Origin: a virus
Length of the DNA stretch: 64,000 bases
Direction: 5' to 3' (one strand)
Virus record (IMG/VR): IMGVR_UViG_3300037261_000082
Location: 36,178-100,177 of that record
Shown: in pieces, positions 28,991 through 38,473 of the stretch
Layout of the letters: every line of letters begins with the position of its first letter
How positions within the stretch are numbered: the stretch's first letter is position 1
The notes under the pieces: generated by a model
Databases searched by the model: none
What the model was told of the DNA's origin: nothing
Seen by the model: only the letters and a program-made list of their open reading frames with translations
Made by a program: the position numbers and the translations under genes

Positions 28991-30012
28991 GTCGCTTTGA
29001 TTGGCCCTCATTTCTGCGGCAGAATCGGATTGAGTTTGTAACGTCCGGTCCTAACACCGCTCGGAATCATATTTCTTGTCGATGTCCATTTTGCGGCGAA
29101 GCTGACCCATCGCAGCATCTTGGTATTTCACTTGATGGAAGAGGTTGGGGCTGCTTACGAAATGCAGCCCATCGGGGTAAGTCTCCTGTCCGGCTTATAC
29201 GGCAGCTGTTACGGTGCAGTGAGGCTGAAGCTAAACGGATAGTGGGCGGCGCTGAGGCAACGGCTCCTACATTGAGTTCTTTTGAGGCTAGTGTTGCTGC
29301 CCTGCGTGGGAGTGCCACTACGCTGCAGCCCGAACCAGAAATTGACTTACACTTCCCAAAAGAATTTAAGCCTCTCGCAAATGGTTCGCCCTTATCACAG
29401 CCTTTTATTGGCTACCTAGAAAGCCGGGGCTATCGTACTGCCCAGATAAAGTGGCTGGCCCAGAACTACGGCTTGCAGTACGCGACGCGAGGGCTTTATG
29501 CTCACCGCATTATCATTCCTATTTATGACCGTTACGGTGACTTGCTCTCTTGGACGGCGCGTACAATTAGTTCTGAAACACAGCCGCGTTATCGTACACT
29601 CCGGATGAAGAGTGACGACGGTGGCTCTGTGGCTAAACTGGCAGCCAATAATACGGTGCTAGGCTTGCCGGTGCTTTACGGGGCGGATAATCCTCGTGCC
29701 CTCGTCGTAGTTGAAGGCCCATTTGACGCATTGAAGGTAACAGCTTTCGGGCAGGGCTTAGGCGTCTATGCAACAAGCCTTTTCGGTCTTAACGTGTATC
29801 CTTCGCAGGTGGCTGAACTGCAGCAACTCGCTCCACGGTTTGATCGAGTTTATTTGCTTATTGATGAGGATGCTGAACTGCAGCGGTTACGGCTATTGCA
29901 GTCCCTCTCTTCAGTGCGTTGTATTACTCTTAAAATGCCGGTTGGCAGCGACGACCCCGGTGCGTTGTCTGGAGGTCAGGTTGTAGAGTTAGCAATGAAC
30001 TTGCAGGAATAA
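28987..30012 (+). CDS. DNA primase (zinc finger plus TOPRIM)
   Basis: CPFCG..H..C, RIIIPI, VVEGPFDAL, DED, DPG. Confidence 0.9.
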   Translation: MSRFDWPSFLRQNRIEFVTSGPNTARNHISCRCPFCGEADPSQHLGISLDGRGWGCLRNAAHRGKSPVRLIRQLLRCSEAEAKRIVGGAEATAPTLSSFEASVAALRGSATTLQPEPEIDLHFPKEFKPLANGSPLSQPFIGYLESRGYRTAQIKWLAQNYGLQYATRGLYAHRIIIPIYDRYGDLLSWTARTISSETQPRYRTLRMKSDDGGSVAKLAANNTVLGLPVLYGADNPRALVVVEGPFDALKVTAFGQGLGVYATSLFGLNVYPSQVAELQQLAPRFDRVYLLIDEDAELQRLRLLQSLSSVRCITLKMPVGSDDPGALSGGQVVELAMNLQE

Positions 30013-30022
30013 AAGAATCTCC

Positions 30023-30052
30023 TTGCTTTGCCGAATTAAGTCATAGTATGAT
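30023..30052 (+). promoter_or_regulatory. Sigma70-type promoter
   Basis: TTGCTT-N18-TATGAT followed by a hairpin-rich leader of about 140 nt. Confidence 0.55.
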
Positions 30053-30194
30053 TGTTTTGTAAGGTCGGTCTTAGCTCTGGCGAAGTGCAGCCCAGTCCCC
30101 GCGTTCCCCCTCGCCAAGTTAAGAATGCAACCTCGGGTAAGACCAGCGAGTGACCGAACTGGTCGTTTCATTTGGCTTAAGGGGACCCCCAAAA

Positions 30195-30779
30195 ATGACA
30201 ACGGCACCAGACTTGTTTCTCGATGCAGGTATGAGAGGCTTCATAGTTAATACGGCAAAACGGGAGTACTGGCGGGTTGCTGAGTTGGTAGATTTTGAAG
30301 ATCTAATCCAGGATGGCTACGTTTGCTATTACAAATGTTTCCGACGGTACACAGATATTACTTCCGCTAAGAATCCTACAAAGGACCAGCGTCGTCATTT
30401 TCAGTCCCTCGTCAAGACCACCTTCTTCAACCATATATCCACGCTAGCGGCCAAACACAAGGGTGTGTCCGTTAAGGCTGTCTCTCAGCTTCCGGCTGCT
30501 GAGGCTATGTCTGAAAATGAAGTGTGGGATACGCTCATGCCCTCGACGCCTGAGGAAGGTACGCTTCGCGCCTTATTGGCGTCTGCCCCTGCTGAGATTA
30601 AGCAACTCGCTATGCTCCTAGCCAGTGATGGCCTCAGCCTGCTGGGCTTTGAACGGAAGCGGAAAGGGCGACGGCTTCTGCGTGAGACCACGAATGAATT
30701 CTATTGCAGGCTTTTGGGCCGCAATCCGGAACAAGAGGATATCGTAGGCCGGGTGCGGGCATATTTCCGCCCTAGTTGA
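30195..30779 (+). CDS. Sigma-factor-like protein
   Basis: Region-2-like DFEDLIQDGY..Y.KC..Y and F.SLV...F.N. Confidence 0.6.
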   Translation: MTTAPDLFLDAGMRGFIVNTAKREYWRVAELVDFEDLIQDGYVCYYKCFRRYTDITSAKNPTKDQRRHFQSLVKTTFFNHISTLAAKHKGVSVKAVSQLPAAEAMSENEVWDTLMPSTPEEGTLRALLASAPAEIKQLAMLLASDGLSLLGFERKRKGRRLLRETTNEFYCRLLGRNPEQEDIVGRVRAYFRPS

Positions 30780-30826
30780 TGCTAGTATGTATCTAGAATA
30801 GAGCAACCGTTGGAGGGTTAACGCTC

Positions 30827-31480
30827 ATGGCTGAAACTACCATTGTAGAAGATCTTCAGGCGCTTCTAAATTTGGAGCCAGAAGAGGGCGAAACTCAGCA
30901 CGAGTTTGCTAAGCGCCTTGCGGAGAAGGGTTTTGCCGTTACGGAGGAGAACTGGGAAACACTGAGCGAGCCAACGCAAAGCTGGATTAATGACACAGTC
31001 ACGGCGGTGAGCGAGAAGAAGCCAATTTCGCAGCTTACGCTACCGTCAGGGATTGACGAAGTTATCCCAGCTGAGCCTGCGTCAGACCCAGAAACAGGCG
31101 AAATTACAGCTGATCCTGCCCCGGCTAAGAAGTCAGCCAAGAAGAAGGCTGCTGCTAAGGCCAAGCCTAATCCGGAGAAGAAGGCAGCAACTGGTAAGCC
31201 TACGGCGGTGAAAGCCAAGCCCGCTGCTAAGGCTCCGGCTAAGAAGGCAGCCAAGACAAATGGCGCGCCCAAAGCTAAGGTTGGCCCAAAGGGCCGGTTT
31301 GACTTAACCCAAAAGATCAAGATTGTTGCCAAGGAAAATCCCTTCCGCAAGGGCACCAAGTGTGAAGCTTGGCACAACAAGCTGAAGGATGGCATGACTT
31401 CGGAAGCTGCTATTGAAGCGGGGGTTCCGCGTCACCATATCCGCTGGGAACAGACGCTGGGTCATATTAAGATTGGCTAA
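30827..31480 (+). CDS. Lys/Ala-rich putative DNA-binding protein
   Basis: Acidic N-domain, histone-like KA repeats, C-terminal ENPFRKGTK domain. Confidence 0.65.
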   Translation: MAETTIVEDLQALLNLEPEEGETQHEFAKRLAEKGFAVTEENWETLSEPTQSWINDTVTAVSEKKPISQLTLPSGIDEVIPAEPASDPETGEITADPAPAKKSAKKKAAAKAKPNPEKKAATGKPTAVKAKPAAKAPAKKAAKTNGAPKAKVGPKGRFDLTQKIKIVAKENPFRKGTKCEAWHNKLKDGMTSEAAIEAGVPRHHIRWEQTLGHIKIG

Positions 31481-31485
31481 GCGTT

Positions 31486-32598
31486 ATGCGCAAAATTGGC
31501 CGGGCTTCAGAAGTAGAACAAAAGAAGCTGAAGCCTGGCTTAGACTTTCGGTTGCCGCAGTACCGTCGCGAAGTCTTTCTGCGGTTCTATGAGTTTCATT
31601 TAGAGAACCGCTCCCACCCTGGTTGTGTCTATTATGCTATGCCTTGGCTGGCGAAGAAGCACAAGCTGGACCAGGAGCAGAAGCTTTGGCTGGCTTTCAT
31701 CAACGGCAACACCCAGAATATTGTTACCAGCTGGGCAATCTTTAATAGGTTCCCAACGGTTAATGCCAAAGGACTAAAGGTTTGGTTCGACGAGAAGTAC
31801 AATTCCCTCGCCTGGGATACAGATCGGCGCTACCATAAGAAGGATTTCATTAAATCAGTGGAGTGCTATCGACGCCTTGTTGGTCAGTCTCAGCAAAAGT
31901 ATTTTGCAGGCTTAGAGGGTATGAGTGAGGCAGAAACTTTTGCTATTTTGTGGCGAGCGTTGCGAAGTGACTTTTACACGTTTGGGCGGCTGTCCTCATT
32001 CTCCTACGCTGAGTATCTCCGGATTATGGGTGTGCCAGTCTTGTGTGATACTTTATTCCTGCGTGACTTAGACGGTTCCAAGTCTCATCGCAATGGTTTA
32101 GCAAAGGTTTTGGGTCGGGACGACCTAGACTGGTTCCGAGAAACCAACTTTATGGGCGACTATACGGAGGACGAGTTCGTATGGTTAGAAGGAGAGGGCG
32201 ACGCACTGCTTAAGGAGGCTCAGAAGCGTACGGCAGCTAACCCTAAGATAGACCCCCGCGAAGTGCACTACTTTACATTGGAATCAGCACTTTGTACGTA
32301 CAAGAGTTGGTACAGGAAAAATAGAAGATACGGAAATGTTTATCAGGACATGTTCTTTGAGCGTATTCAGAAGGGTGAGGCTGCTTTTGGTAAGGAAGAG
32401 GTAAAGCAGTTCTGGAAATGTCGTGTGGAATGTCAGCCAGAGCATCTGTTGCTAGAGAAGTGTCCTAATGATCCAGGTTTGGTGCCTGAGAAGCAGAATT
32501 ACTACCGGGAAACGGGTAGTCCCATTATGATGTCGAAGCGGTGGCCGGAGTTTGACAACGAGTTTGACCGCAAGATTTGGCGTAAGACGTGGCTATGA
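31486..32598 (+). CDS. Amino acid:DNA transferase (aGPT-Pplase2/AADT)
   Basis: DFRLPQYRREVFLRFYEFHL, LWLAF.NG.TQ, DTDRRY.K, FGRLSSFSY.EY, LESALC.YK; hypermodification context. Confidence 0.82.
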   Translation: MRKIGRASEVEQKKLKPGLDFRLPQYRREVFLRFYEFHLENRSHPGCVYYAMPWLAKKHKLDQEQKLWLAFINGNTQNIVTSWAIFNRFPTVNAKGLKVWFDEKYNSLAWDTDRRYHKKDFIKSVECYRRLVGQSQQKYFAGLEGMSEAETFAILWRALRSDFYTFGRLSSFSYAEYLRIMGVPVLCDTLFLRDLDGSKSHRNGLAKVLGRDDLDWFRETNFMGDYTEDEFVWLEGEGDALLKEAQKRTAANPKIDPREVHYFTLESALCTYKSWYRKNRRYGNVYQDMFFERIQKGEAAFGKEEVKQFWKCRVECQPEHLLLEKCPNDPGLVPEKQNYYRETGSPIMMSKRWPEFDNEFDRKIWRKTWL

Positions 32599-33344
32599 AA
32601 ATCTGTGTTCGCAATTACGAGCCAATTCTAATTCCGGATGACCTCACGGCAAAAGAGGTTGGCCCCTTTGACGGCCATACGCCTTACGTAGCAAAAGTTA
32701 CCACCCGTCTTAATAAGCGTGGGTACAGAGAGAGAACGCTCCCTAGCAAACTCTTATGCCTAGAGGCCATCAAGGGGCGGATGCTTGCTCTAGGCGGCTA
32801 CAAATCCTTTGCAGAGCCTCTGGCAGGGGTGGGATTAAGCGCCCGCCTCTTTAACAACGGTGGGAAGCTCTATCTGAACGATACTGACGAGGGCTGCCGC
32901 AGAATTCTAGACCTAAACTTCGGAGGCGTATCAACAGGCCTAGACGTCTTGACAATGAAGCTGCCAAAGGCTGATGCTATATTTCTAGATTTCAATGACT
33001 TTACGTTGAAGCGGTATAATCAGACGGCTTACGGAGTCGTCTTGGGCGGGGCTTTGAAGACGGCCCGGAAGTTTGTCATTCTGAATGACTGTTCTATCTT
33101 CTATTTTCGTTATGGAAAGAGCTCGTTTGAGACTTATTCGAAGTACCTTGGCCAGAAGATTAATTCGATTGAGGACTATCTGCGTGCTGTGAGAGCGTAC
33201 CACCGTAGGGAGTTCCCGGATTGGTGGTTAGTGCATGCAGCCTACTTCCGGGACTCGTCCTTCCAATTGTTCTCCCGCGAAGTTGCACCCCTAAAGATTG
33301 AGTCTGTAAAAACTATTCCCAAAGCTATGGTAACGGTGCGGTAA
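32595..33344 (+). CDS. Putative SAM-dependent methyltransferase-fold protein
   Basis: AEPLAGVG (motif I-like), LNDTD, DAIFLDF; ATGA-coupled to the AADT gene. Confidence 0.5.
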   Translation: MKICVRNYEPILIPDDLTAKEVGPFDGHTPYVAKVTTRLNKRGYRERTLPSKLLCLEAIKGRMLALGGYKSFAEPLAGVGLSARLFNNGGKLYLNDTDEGCRRILDLNFGGVSTGLDVLTMKLPKADAIFLDFNDFTLKRYNQTAYGVVLGGALKTARKFVILNDCSIFYFRYGKSSFETYSKYLGQKINSIEDYLRAVRAYHRREFPDWWLVHAAYFRDSSFQLFSREVAPLKIESVKTIPKAMVTVR

Positions 33345-33529
33345 TGATCTTTTTAGTTTCACAAGAGAACCCGCACGGCTACTGGTGCCGCAAGTGCGGC
33401 CGAGATCGAGCGTATGCGGAGAAGCATTGCTCATCCGCTAACTGCAAGGAGCGCCGGGACGCGGAGGACCTCGACCGAGAGAATCCGCGCCCGGACTATA
33501 CCCGTTGGAACATGTTTGAGGGGCCATGA
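33344..33529 (+). CDS. Small Cys-rich protein
   Basis: CRKC..C...C; coupled on both sides. Confidence 0.55.
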   Translation: MIFLVSQENPHGYWCRKCGRDRAYAEKHCSSANCKERRDAEDLDRENPRPDYTRWNMFEGP

Positions 33530-34092
33530 CCATTATCACGGTGGCTGGAACAAGTGGCTCTGGCAAGTCACATATCGTCCGTTCTTTCCTAGACTGGGCA
33601 CGTAAGAATGGCAGAGTGACAGAGGAATTTATTGAGGGCCGCACGTCACCTATTGCTTACACGGTTTCCTTGAAAGGCAAGGCTCCAATTTATGTCTTAG
33701 GCTCTTATGAGGTGCCTACCGGGGGTTGTGATACCATTCATGACGTGGCAGATATATTTGACCGGGTTAAGAAGAATCACCGGAATTGTCATGTGGTTTA
33801 TGAGGGTCTGTTTGTGATGAACATGACCAGAGGACCAAAGTTGGTATCAGAGGTAGGTAAGACTCGGCTTTGTGTGTTGCAACTGGATACGCCCTTAGCA
33901 ACGTGCATAGCATCAATTGATGCACGCCGTGCTGAAAAGGGTAAGGATAAGTTGGAGGCTAAGACTAACACGGTTGATAACTATCGTCGCGCTAGAAACT
34001 ACTGTTCTAAAATGCGGGATGCTGGTGCAAGAGTGTTCAAGGTAACTCGTGATGAAGCGTTGCCCAAGATGCTTGAATTGTTGGAGGTGTAG
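33526..34092 (+). CDS. P-loop nucleotide/5-hmdU kinase
   Basis: GTSGSGKS, VLGSY...GGCD, VVYEG, C...I.ARR. Confidence 0.82.
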   Translation: MTIITVAGTSGSGKSHIVRSFLDWARKNGRVTEEFIEGRTSPIAYTVSLKGKAPIYVLGSYEVPTGGCDTIHDVADIFDRVKKNHRNCHVVYEGLFVMNMTRGPKLVSEVGKTRLCVLQLDTPLATCIASIDARRAEKGKDKLEAKTNTVDNYRRARNYCSKMRDAGARVFKVTRDEALPKMLELLEV

Positions 34093-34094
34093 CT

Positions 34095-34364
34095 ATGGAT
34101 AGAACTATTTGGAAAGCAGTTTTGAAGCCAACTGGTATACAGGAACTTGAATTTCCGGTGGGTGCTGAGTTTCTTTGTGCTCATGAACAGCACGAAAAGA
34201 TTTGTATATGGTTTAGAGTTAATCCTGACCAGAAGGTTACAGAGCGCCGCAAAATTGCGATTATTGGCACAGGCCATCCTGCCCCTGCTGATGGGCGTTA
34301 TTTAGGCTCGGCATTTCTTAATGGTGGGTTGCTTGTGCTTCATGTGTTTGCTTGGCCAAGCTAA
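34095..34364 (+). CDS. Conserved small phage protein
   Basis: IWK..L, P.GA..L...Q, W..V.P, GTGH, YLG......V.HVF. Confidence 0.7.
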   Translation: MDRTIWKAVLKPTGIQELEFPVGAEFLCAHEQHEKICIWFRVNPDQKVTERRKIAIIGTGHPAPADGRYLGSAFLNGGLLVLHVFAWPS

Positions 34365-34365
34365 T

Positions 34366-35982
34366 ATGCTGCTTTCTATACGAGGCACAAATGGATGTTT
34401 GGCGGCGGGCACATTAATTGATTGCCCACGAAACCTTATTGAGTATCCTCGAGGAATTCCGATTGAAGATTTAGTTGGGAAGAGATTCCTTACATACAGC
34501 TGGGATTTGTCTAAGGATACGTTTACGCTTTCGCAAGTAACTAAGGTTTGGTGTGTTGGAAAAAGGCGTACTTATCGAGTGGTAGTTTCTGCATACCAAA
34601 CTAAAAACAAAGTTGGGTTTAAGTCAGGAGGTTCAGGTAAGGGCCGGTATTTGCCTCCTTGCGAACTTGTCGGAACTTATGAGCATCTTGTTATGCTTTC
34701 AGATGGCACCTGGAAAAAGCTTGGAGAACTCAAACCAGGTGACTCTCTTAAGTCACTTTATCGCAGGCACACAGACCGAGGAAAGCTTTATTGGACGACA
34801 AACGTAGTAAAAACTCAAGAGAACTATGGAACGCCTTATGGGCCAGTTAAGAATATTTTTACTTACCAAGGTGTAACAAAGCCAGTAAGTGAGCAACAAT
34901 TTGTTTGTGCTCAAGCTCACGGACCACGTCCCGGAACAGAAAAAGAGTTTCAGGTCCACCACAAGAATGAGAATCCTTATGATCATTCTCCTAAAAACTT
35001 AGAGTGGAAGGATACTCATAAGCACCAATCTGATCACCTTAAGGCTCGTAGGGCACTCGGGCCTACAGGTTGGGAAGTTACTGGAGTCCATCCTAGGGGG
35101 ATGGCTGGTAAGAAACATACAGATTCTACCTTAGGTAGAATTGGTGCAGCAAGTATGGAAATACATAAGCAGCGGCGTGATCCTAGGTTTTATGACGATG
35201 TTTGGATGCGTGAGCATTACCCTCGGTGTTCCCTTAGCGAACTTAATAAGATACTGAGAGTAAGTACTGCTTTAATTAAGACCCGACTTAAGAGTTTAGG
35301 TATTAAGCTTGTGGGCTTGCGTGCCCGAGAGGTGCTAAATCACCGCGTTTTAGAAACTCCCGTTTTTGTAGGGAGTGAAAAAGTATACGATATGGAGGTA
35401 GCGCAGACTAAGAACTTTGTAGCAAACGGGATGGTTGTTCACAACAGTGGAAAAACTACAATCGTTAGGGCGATCCTAGATCAGTTCAAGGGCGTCCCCA
35501 TTTATGGTGTGCTCGGTCCACGTCGTCCTGAGGCTTACGCACTGAAGGTTAAGGGTGTGCCCCAGATAGTCTATGTGCTGGGTTCTTACCATACAATTAG
35601 CGGCGGCTGCGATCAGGTTCAACCATATCAACTAATTTTGGAATTGATTGAGAAGTATGCAGCAAAGGGCCACGTGCTATTTGAGGGAGTAATTGTTAGT
35701 TCGAGTTATGGGCGCGTGGGGCGGTTATTAGAGAAGTGGGGCCAGGAAGCAGTAATGGCTTTTCTGACAACGTCCTTAGAGGACTGCCTTAAGAATGTGC
35801 AGAAGCGTCGTAATGCTAGGGATGATGCTAGGGAATTCAATCCGAAGAACACGACGAGTAAGTACAATCAGATCTTGAAGAGTCGCACGACAATAGCTGA
35901 AGCAGGTAAGTTGCGGGTGGTTGACATAGACCCCAACAAGGGTGTGGCCCAGGTGCTTAGTCTCCTGCGAGAAGCGTCATGA
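34366..35982 (+). CDS. P-loop 5-hmdU kinase interrupted by an intein
   Basis: Exteins join as MLLSIRGTNG|SGKTT, giving 188 aa; paralog of 33526-34092. Confidence 0.85.
   Translation: MLLSIRGTNGCLAAGTLIDCPRNLIEYPRGIPIEDLVGKRFLTYSWDLSKDTFTLSQVTKVWCVGKRRTYRVVVSAYQTKNKVGFKSGGSGKGRYLPPCELVGTYEHLVMLSDGTWKKLGELKPGDSLKSLYRRHTDRGKLYWTTNVVKTQENYGTPYGPVKNIFTYQGVTKPVSEQQFVCAQAHGPRPGTEKEFQVHHKNENPYDHSPKNLEWKDTHKHQSDHLKARRALGPTGWEVTGVHPRGMAGKKHTDSTLGRIGAASMEIHKQRRDPRFYDDVWMREHYPRCSLSELNKILRVSTALIKTRLKSLGIKLVGLRAREVLNHRVLETPVFVGSEKVYDMEVAQTKNFVANGMVVHNSGKTTIVRAILDQFKGVPIYGVLGPRRPEAYALKVKGVPQIVYVLGSYHTISGGCDQVQPYQLILELIEKYAAKGHVLFEGVIVSSSYGRVGRLLEKWGQEAVMAFLTTSLEDCLKNVQKRRNARDDAREFNPKNTTSKYNQILKSRTTIAEAGKLRVVDIDPNKGVAQVLSLLREAS
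34396..35445 (+). mobile_element. Intein (350 aa) with an HNH endonuclease
   Basis: Starts CLAAGT; block B GT.EH; VYDMEV; ends FVANGMVVHN before Ser; internal VHHKNENPYDHSPKNL. Confidence 0.93.
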
Positions 35983-36851
35983 ACCCACTTGTTGAATTTG
36001 TTAAGGCGCGCGAGGCTCTGCGCAAGAAGAAGGCGGAAGGAGGACCTCCCCCGCATACTGACAATGAAATATTGCAGAAATACAGGTTTACAAATGTGCG
36101 AAGACCGTTTGATAGAGTATCTCGTTGGCTGATTGAGAATGTGTTATTGGAGAAGCATATTGAAAGTGATTTGGACTCGTTCTTGAAGTTCTCGGCGCTT
36201 TGTCGGTGGGTTAATTGGCCGCCAACAATTAAGGCAATTATGGACGCGGGGCACTTCCCAAATAAGCACCCGAACTATAAAGCAATCGGGAAGTTGATTG
36301 ACGCACGCAAGAAGTCAGGGGAGAAGACATGGACGGGGGCTTATCTTATTAGAGCAAAACCTGGTAGTAAGAAAGGTAAAGGGCATTTCGTAGCAGTTGA
36401 GGTAATTGAAAAGCCCCTTACCAAAGCAATGCCTGCGCTAGTTGCTGCGTTAAGCAATAATGTTCGCACGCGTAGGGCTGTCTGGGGAGTGCTTTACAAT
36501 TGCCATAATTGGGGGCCATTTCTCTCTGGGCAGGTTGTAGATGATTGGTCTTGGACGCCTTTGTTGGCTAGTGCATTAGATACTTTTACTTGGGCTCCGC
36601 AAGGTCCTGGAAGTTTACGAGGGTTTAACAGGTTACTGGGCCTTCCACTTAAGACTAGACATAGTGAGGAGGAGTGGTGCATACACCTTCAAATGTGGCG
36701 GAAAGAAATTATTCATGAGTTGGGGCCTGAATTTAAAAGTATGACTCTGATGGACTGCCAAAATTCACTTTGCGAAACGGACAAGATTCTCCGTGTAAAG
36801 AATGGTGAGGGTAGGCCTCGTTCCAATTATCGACCGGAGACAGCATTCTAA
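35979..36851 (+). CDS. 5-hmdU DNA kinase helical domain (aGPT-Pplase1)
   Basis: IL.KYRFTNVRR..DRVSRW, TGAY, G.FL..QVV.D, GPGS.RG, QN.LCE.DK. Confidence 0.85.
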   Translation: MNPLVEFVKAREALRKKKAEGGPPPHTDNEILQKYRFTNVRRPFDRVSRWLIENVLLEKHIESDLDSFLKFSALCRWVNWPPTIKAIMDAGHFPNKHPNYKAIGKLIDARKKSGEKTWTGAYLIRAKPGSKKGKGHFVAVEVIEKPLTKAMPALVAALSNNVRTRRAVWGVLYNCHNWGPFLSGQVVDDWSWTPLLASALDTFTWAPQGPGSLRGFNRLLGLPLKTRHSEEEWCIHLQMWRKEIIHELGPEFKSMTLMDCQNSLCETDKILRVKNGEGRPRSNYRPETAF

Positions 36852-37393
36852 TGACGCCCTTTCAGCGAGTAATGGCAATTCGGACTGGTGGTAATACGGA
36901 GCGTTGCCACGGAATTAGGCATGTTGGTTCGTACTCTGTTGGGTTGCATTCTTGGAATGTTGCAATGTTAATGCTGGTGCTTTGGCCTGGGGATTTTCCT
37001 AGGCTGGTTACTTATTGTCTTACTCATGACATTCCAGAAGCGTGGGTAGGAGATATTCCCGCGCCCACTAAGAGATACTGTCCTGAAATAAAAACTGCCT
37101 GCAACCGGATGGAAGATGAGATATTCTTACGCTTGAATTTGTCGAATGGTGCTGCATTGCCTAAAGAAGATCGCGCGAAGTTGAAAGCTTGTGATCATTT
37201 GGAACTCTATCTCTGGGCACGTGAGCAAACGTATGGTGGTAATATGCACGCGGATTGTGTTAGGCGTGAACTAGAAAGGTTCTTTCTTGAAACTCCTCTG
37301 CCTTGGGTAGCGCACGAATTGTATGAGGTCATTAAGGCGGGTGTCACCGAGTATGCTACTGACAATTTAATAAAAGAACTGAATAGAGGATAG
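36851..37393 (+). CDS. HD-domain (YfbR-like) nucleotide hydrolase
   Basis: R.H, SV..HS, HDIPE...GDIP.P.K, LK.CD.LE. Confidence 0.85.
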   Translation: MTPFQRVMAIRTGGNTERCHGIRHVGSYSVGLHSWNVAMLMLVLWPGDFPRLVTYCLTHDIPEAWVGDIPAPTKRYCPEIKTACNRMEDEIFLRLNLSNGAALPKEDRAKLKACDHLELYLWAREQTYGGNMHADCVRRELERFFLETPLPWVAHELYEVIKAGVTEYATDNLIKELNRG

Positions 37394-37399
37394 TAGCAG

Positions 37400-38473
37400 A
37401 TGTACGTAATTACGGTTCCAGGTGTGAATGCTGCCTATTCACAAGGCTTGCGTTACATTTGTGAGCGGGGCGAGTTGCAGAACTCACGGGCAGGCGAAGT
37501 TCTGGTAGCACCTACGCCTGTCACCATTGTCTACGAAAAGCCTCAGGAGCGGGTGCTCTTTGATCCATTACGGGATGCAAATCCAGTATTCCATCTCATG
37601 GAATCACTTTGGATGTTGGCCGGACGTAACGATGCCCGCTGGCTTGATCAATTCGTGAAAGACTTCTCCTCGCGTTTTGCAGAGGACGACGGCATTCAGC
37701 ACGGCGCTTATGGGTTCCGCTGGCGTCATCACTTCGATATGGAAGGTGGTGGTGAGTGGGATTTGCCCGATCAGTTGGATAGTGTAGTGAATATGCTCAC
37801 GAAAGACCCTGAGAGTCGTCGTGCTGTAATCCAAATGTGGGATCCGGTTGCAGACTTAGGTGCTAACAAAAAAGACTTGCCGTGTAATTGCACTATATTT
37901 CTGCGTGTGCATATTAATCGTGAGTGCGTGAGCGGGCAATGGAAGGATATCTCAGTACTTGATATGATGGTGTGCTGCCGGTCAAATGATTTGGTGTGGG
38001 GAGCTACCGGGGCAAACGCTGTGCATTTCTCTATGCTCCTTGAATACCTAGCTGGACGCATAGGAGTTAAGGTTGGCAGGTATACGCAGTGTGCAAATAA
38101 TATGCATATTTATACCAGCATTTTGCCTAAGCTAGACAAGCCTCAGAACCTTGCCTTCTATCCTGGTGTACGCTCAATTGGTACGGTGTGGGATTACTGG
38201 GATAACGATTTGAATAAGTTTATGGTTTGGACTACATTGGACAATCCTGCGAAGGCTGATCTGAGTTACGCCAACGTCTGGTTCAAGGATACGGCTGAGC
38301 CTATGTTCTATGCACACTGGCTCTGGCGCTTTGCTAGAAAGCAAGAGGCATTGGATTATTTACTTACTCCTAACAATATGGCACCAGACTGGAAGAAGGC
38401 AGCCTTAGAATGGATGCAGCGCAGAATGGCTCGCAGTATGATTGCTAAAGGGGAGCTAGTCCATGGACGCTGA
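37400..38473 (+). CDS. Thymidylate-synthase-family dUMP hydroxymethylase
   Basis: YG.RW, SRRAV...WD, DLPCN, RSND..WG..GAN..HF, N.HIY; the Asn is consistent with a dUMP substrate. Confidence 0.85.
   Translation: MYVITVPGVNAAYSQGLRYICERGELQNSRAGEVLVAPTPVTIVYEKPQERVLFDPLRDANPVFHLMESLWMLAGRNDARWLDQFVKDFSSRFAEDDGIQHGAYGFRWRHHFDMEGGGEWDLPDQLDSVVNMLTKDPESRRAVIQMWDPVADLGANKKDLPCNCTIFLRVHINRECVSGQWKDISVLDMMVCCRSNDLVWGATGANAVHFSMLLEYLAGRIGVKVGRYTQCANNMHIYTSILPKLDKPQNLAFYPGVRSIGTVWDYWDNDLNKFMVWTTLDNPAKADLSYANVWFKDTAEPMFYAHWLWRFARKQEALDYLLTPNNMAPDWKKAALEWMQRRMARSMIAKGELVHGR

Noticed and set aside
37400-38473. Ordinary thymidylate synthase (thyA)
   Set aside because: Divergent motifs and the hmdU kinase/transferase neighbourhood favour a dUMP hydroxymethylase, although this is not proven.
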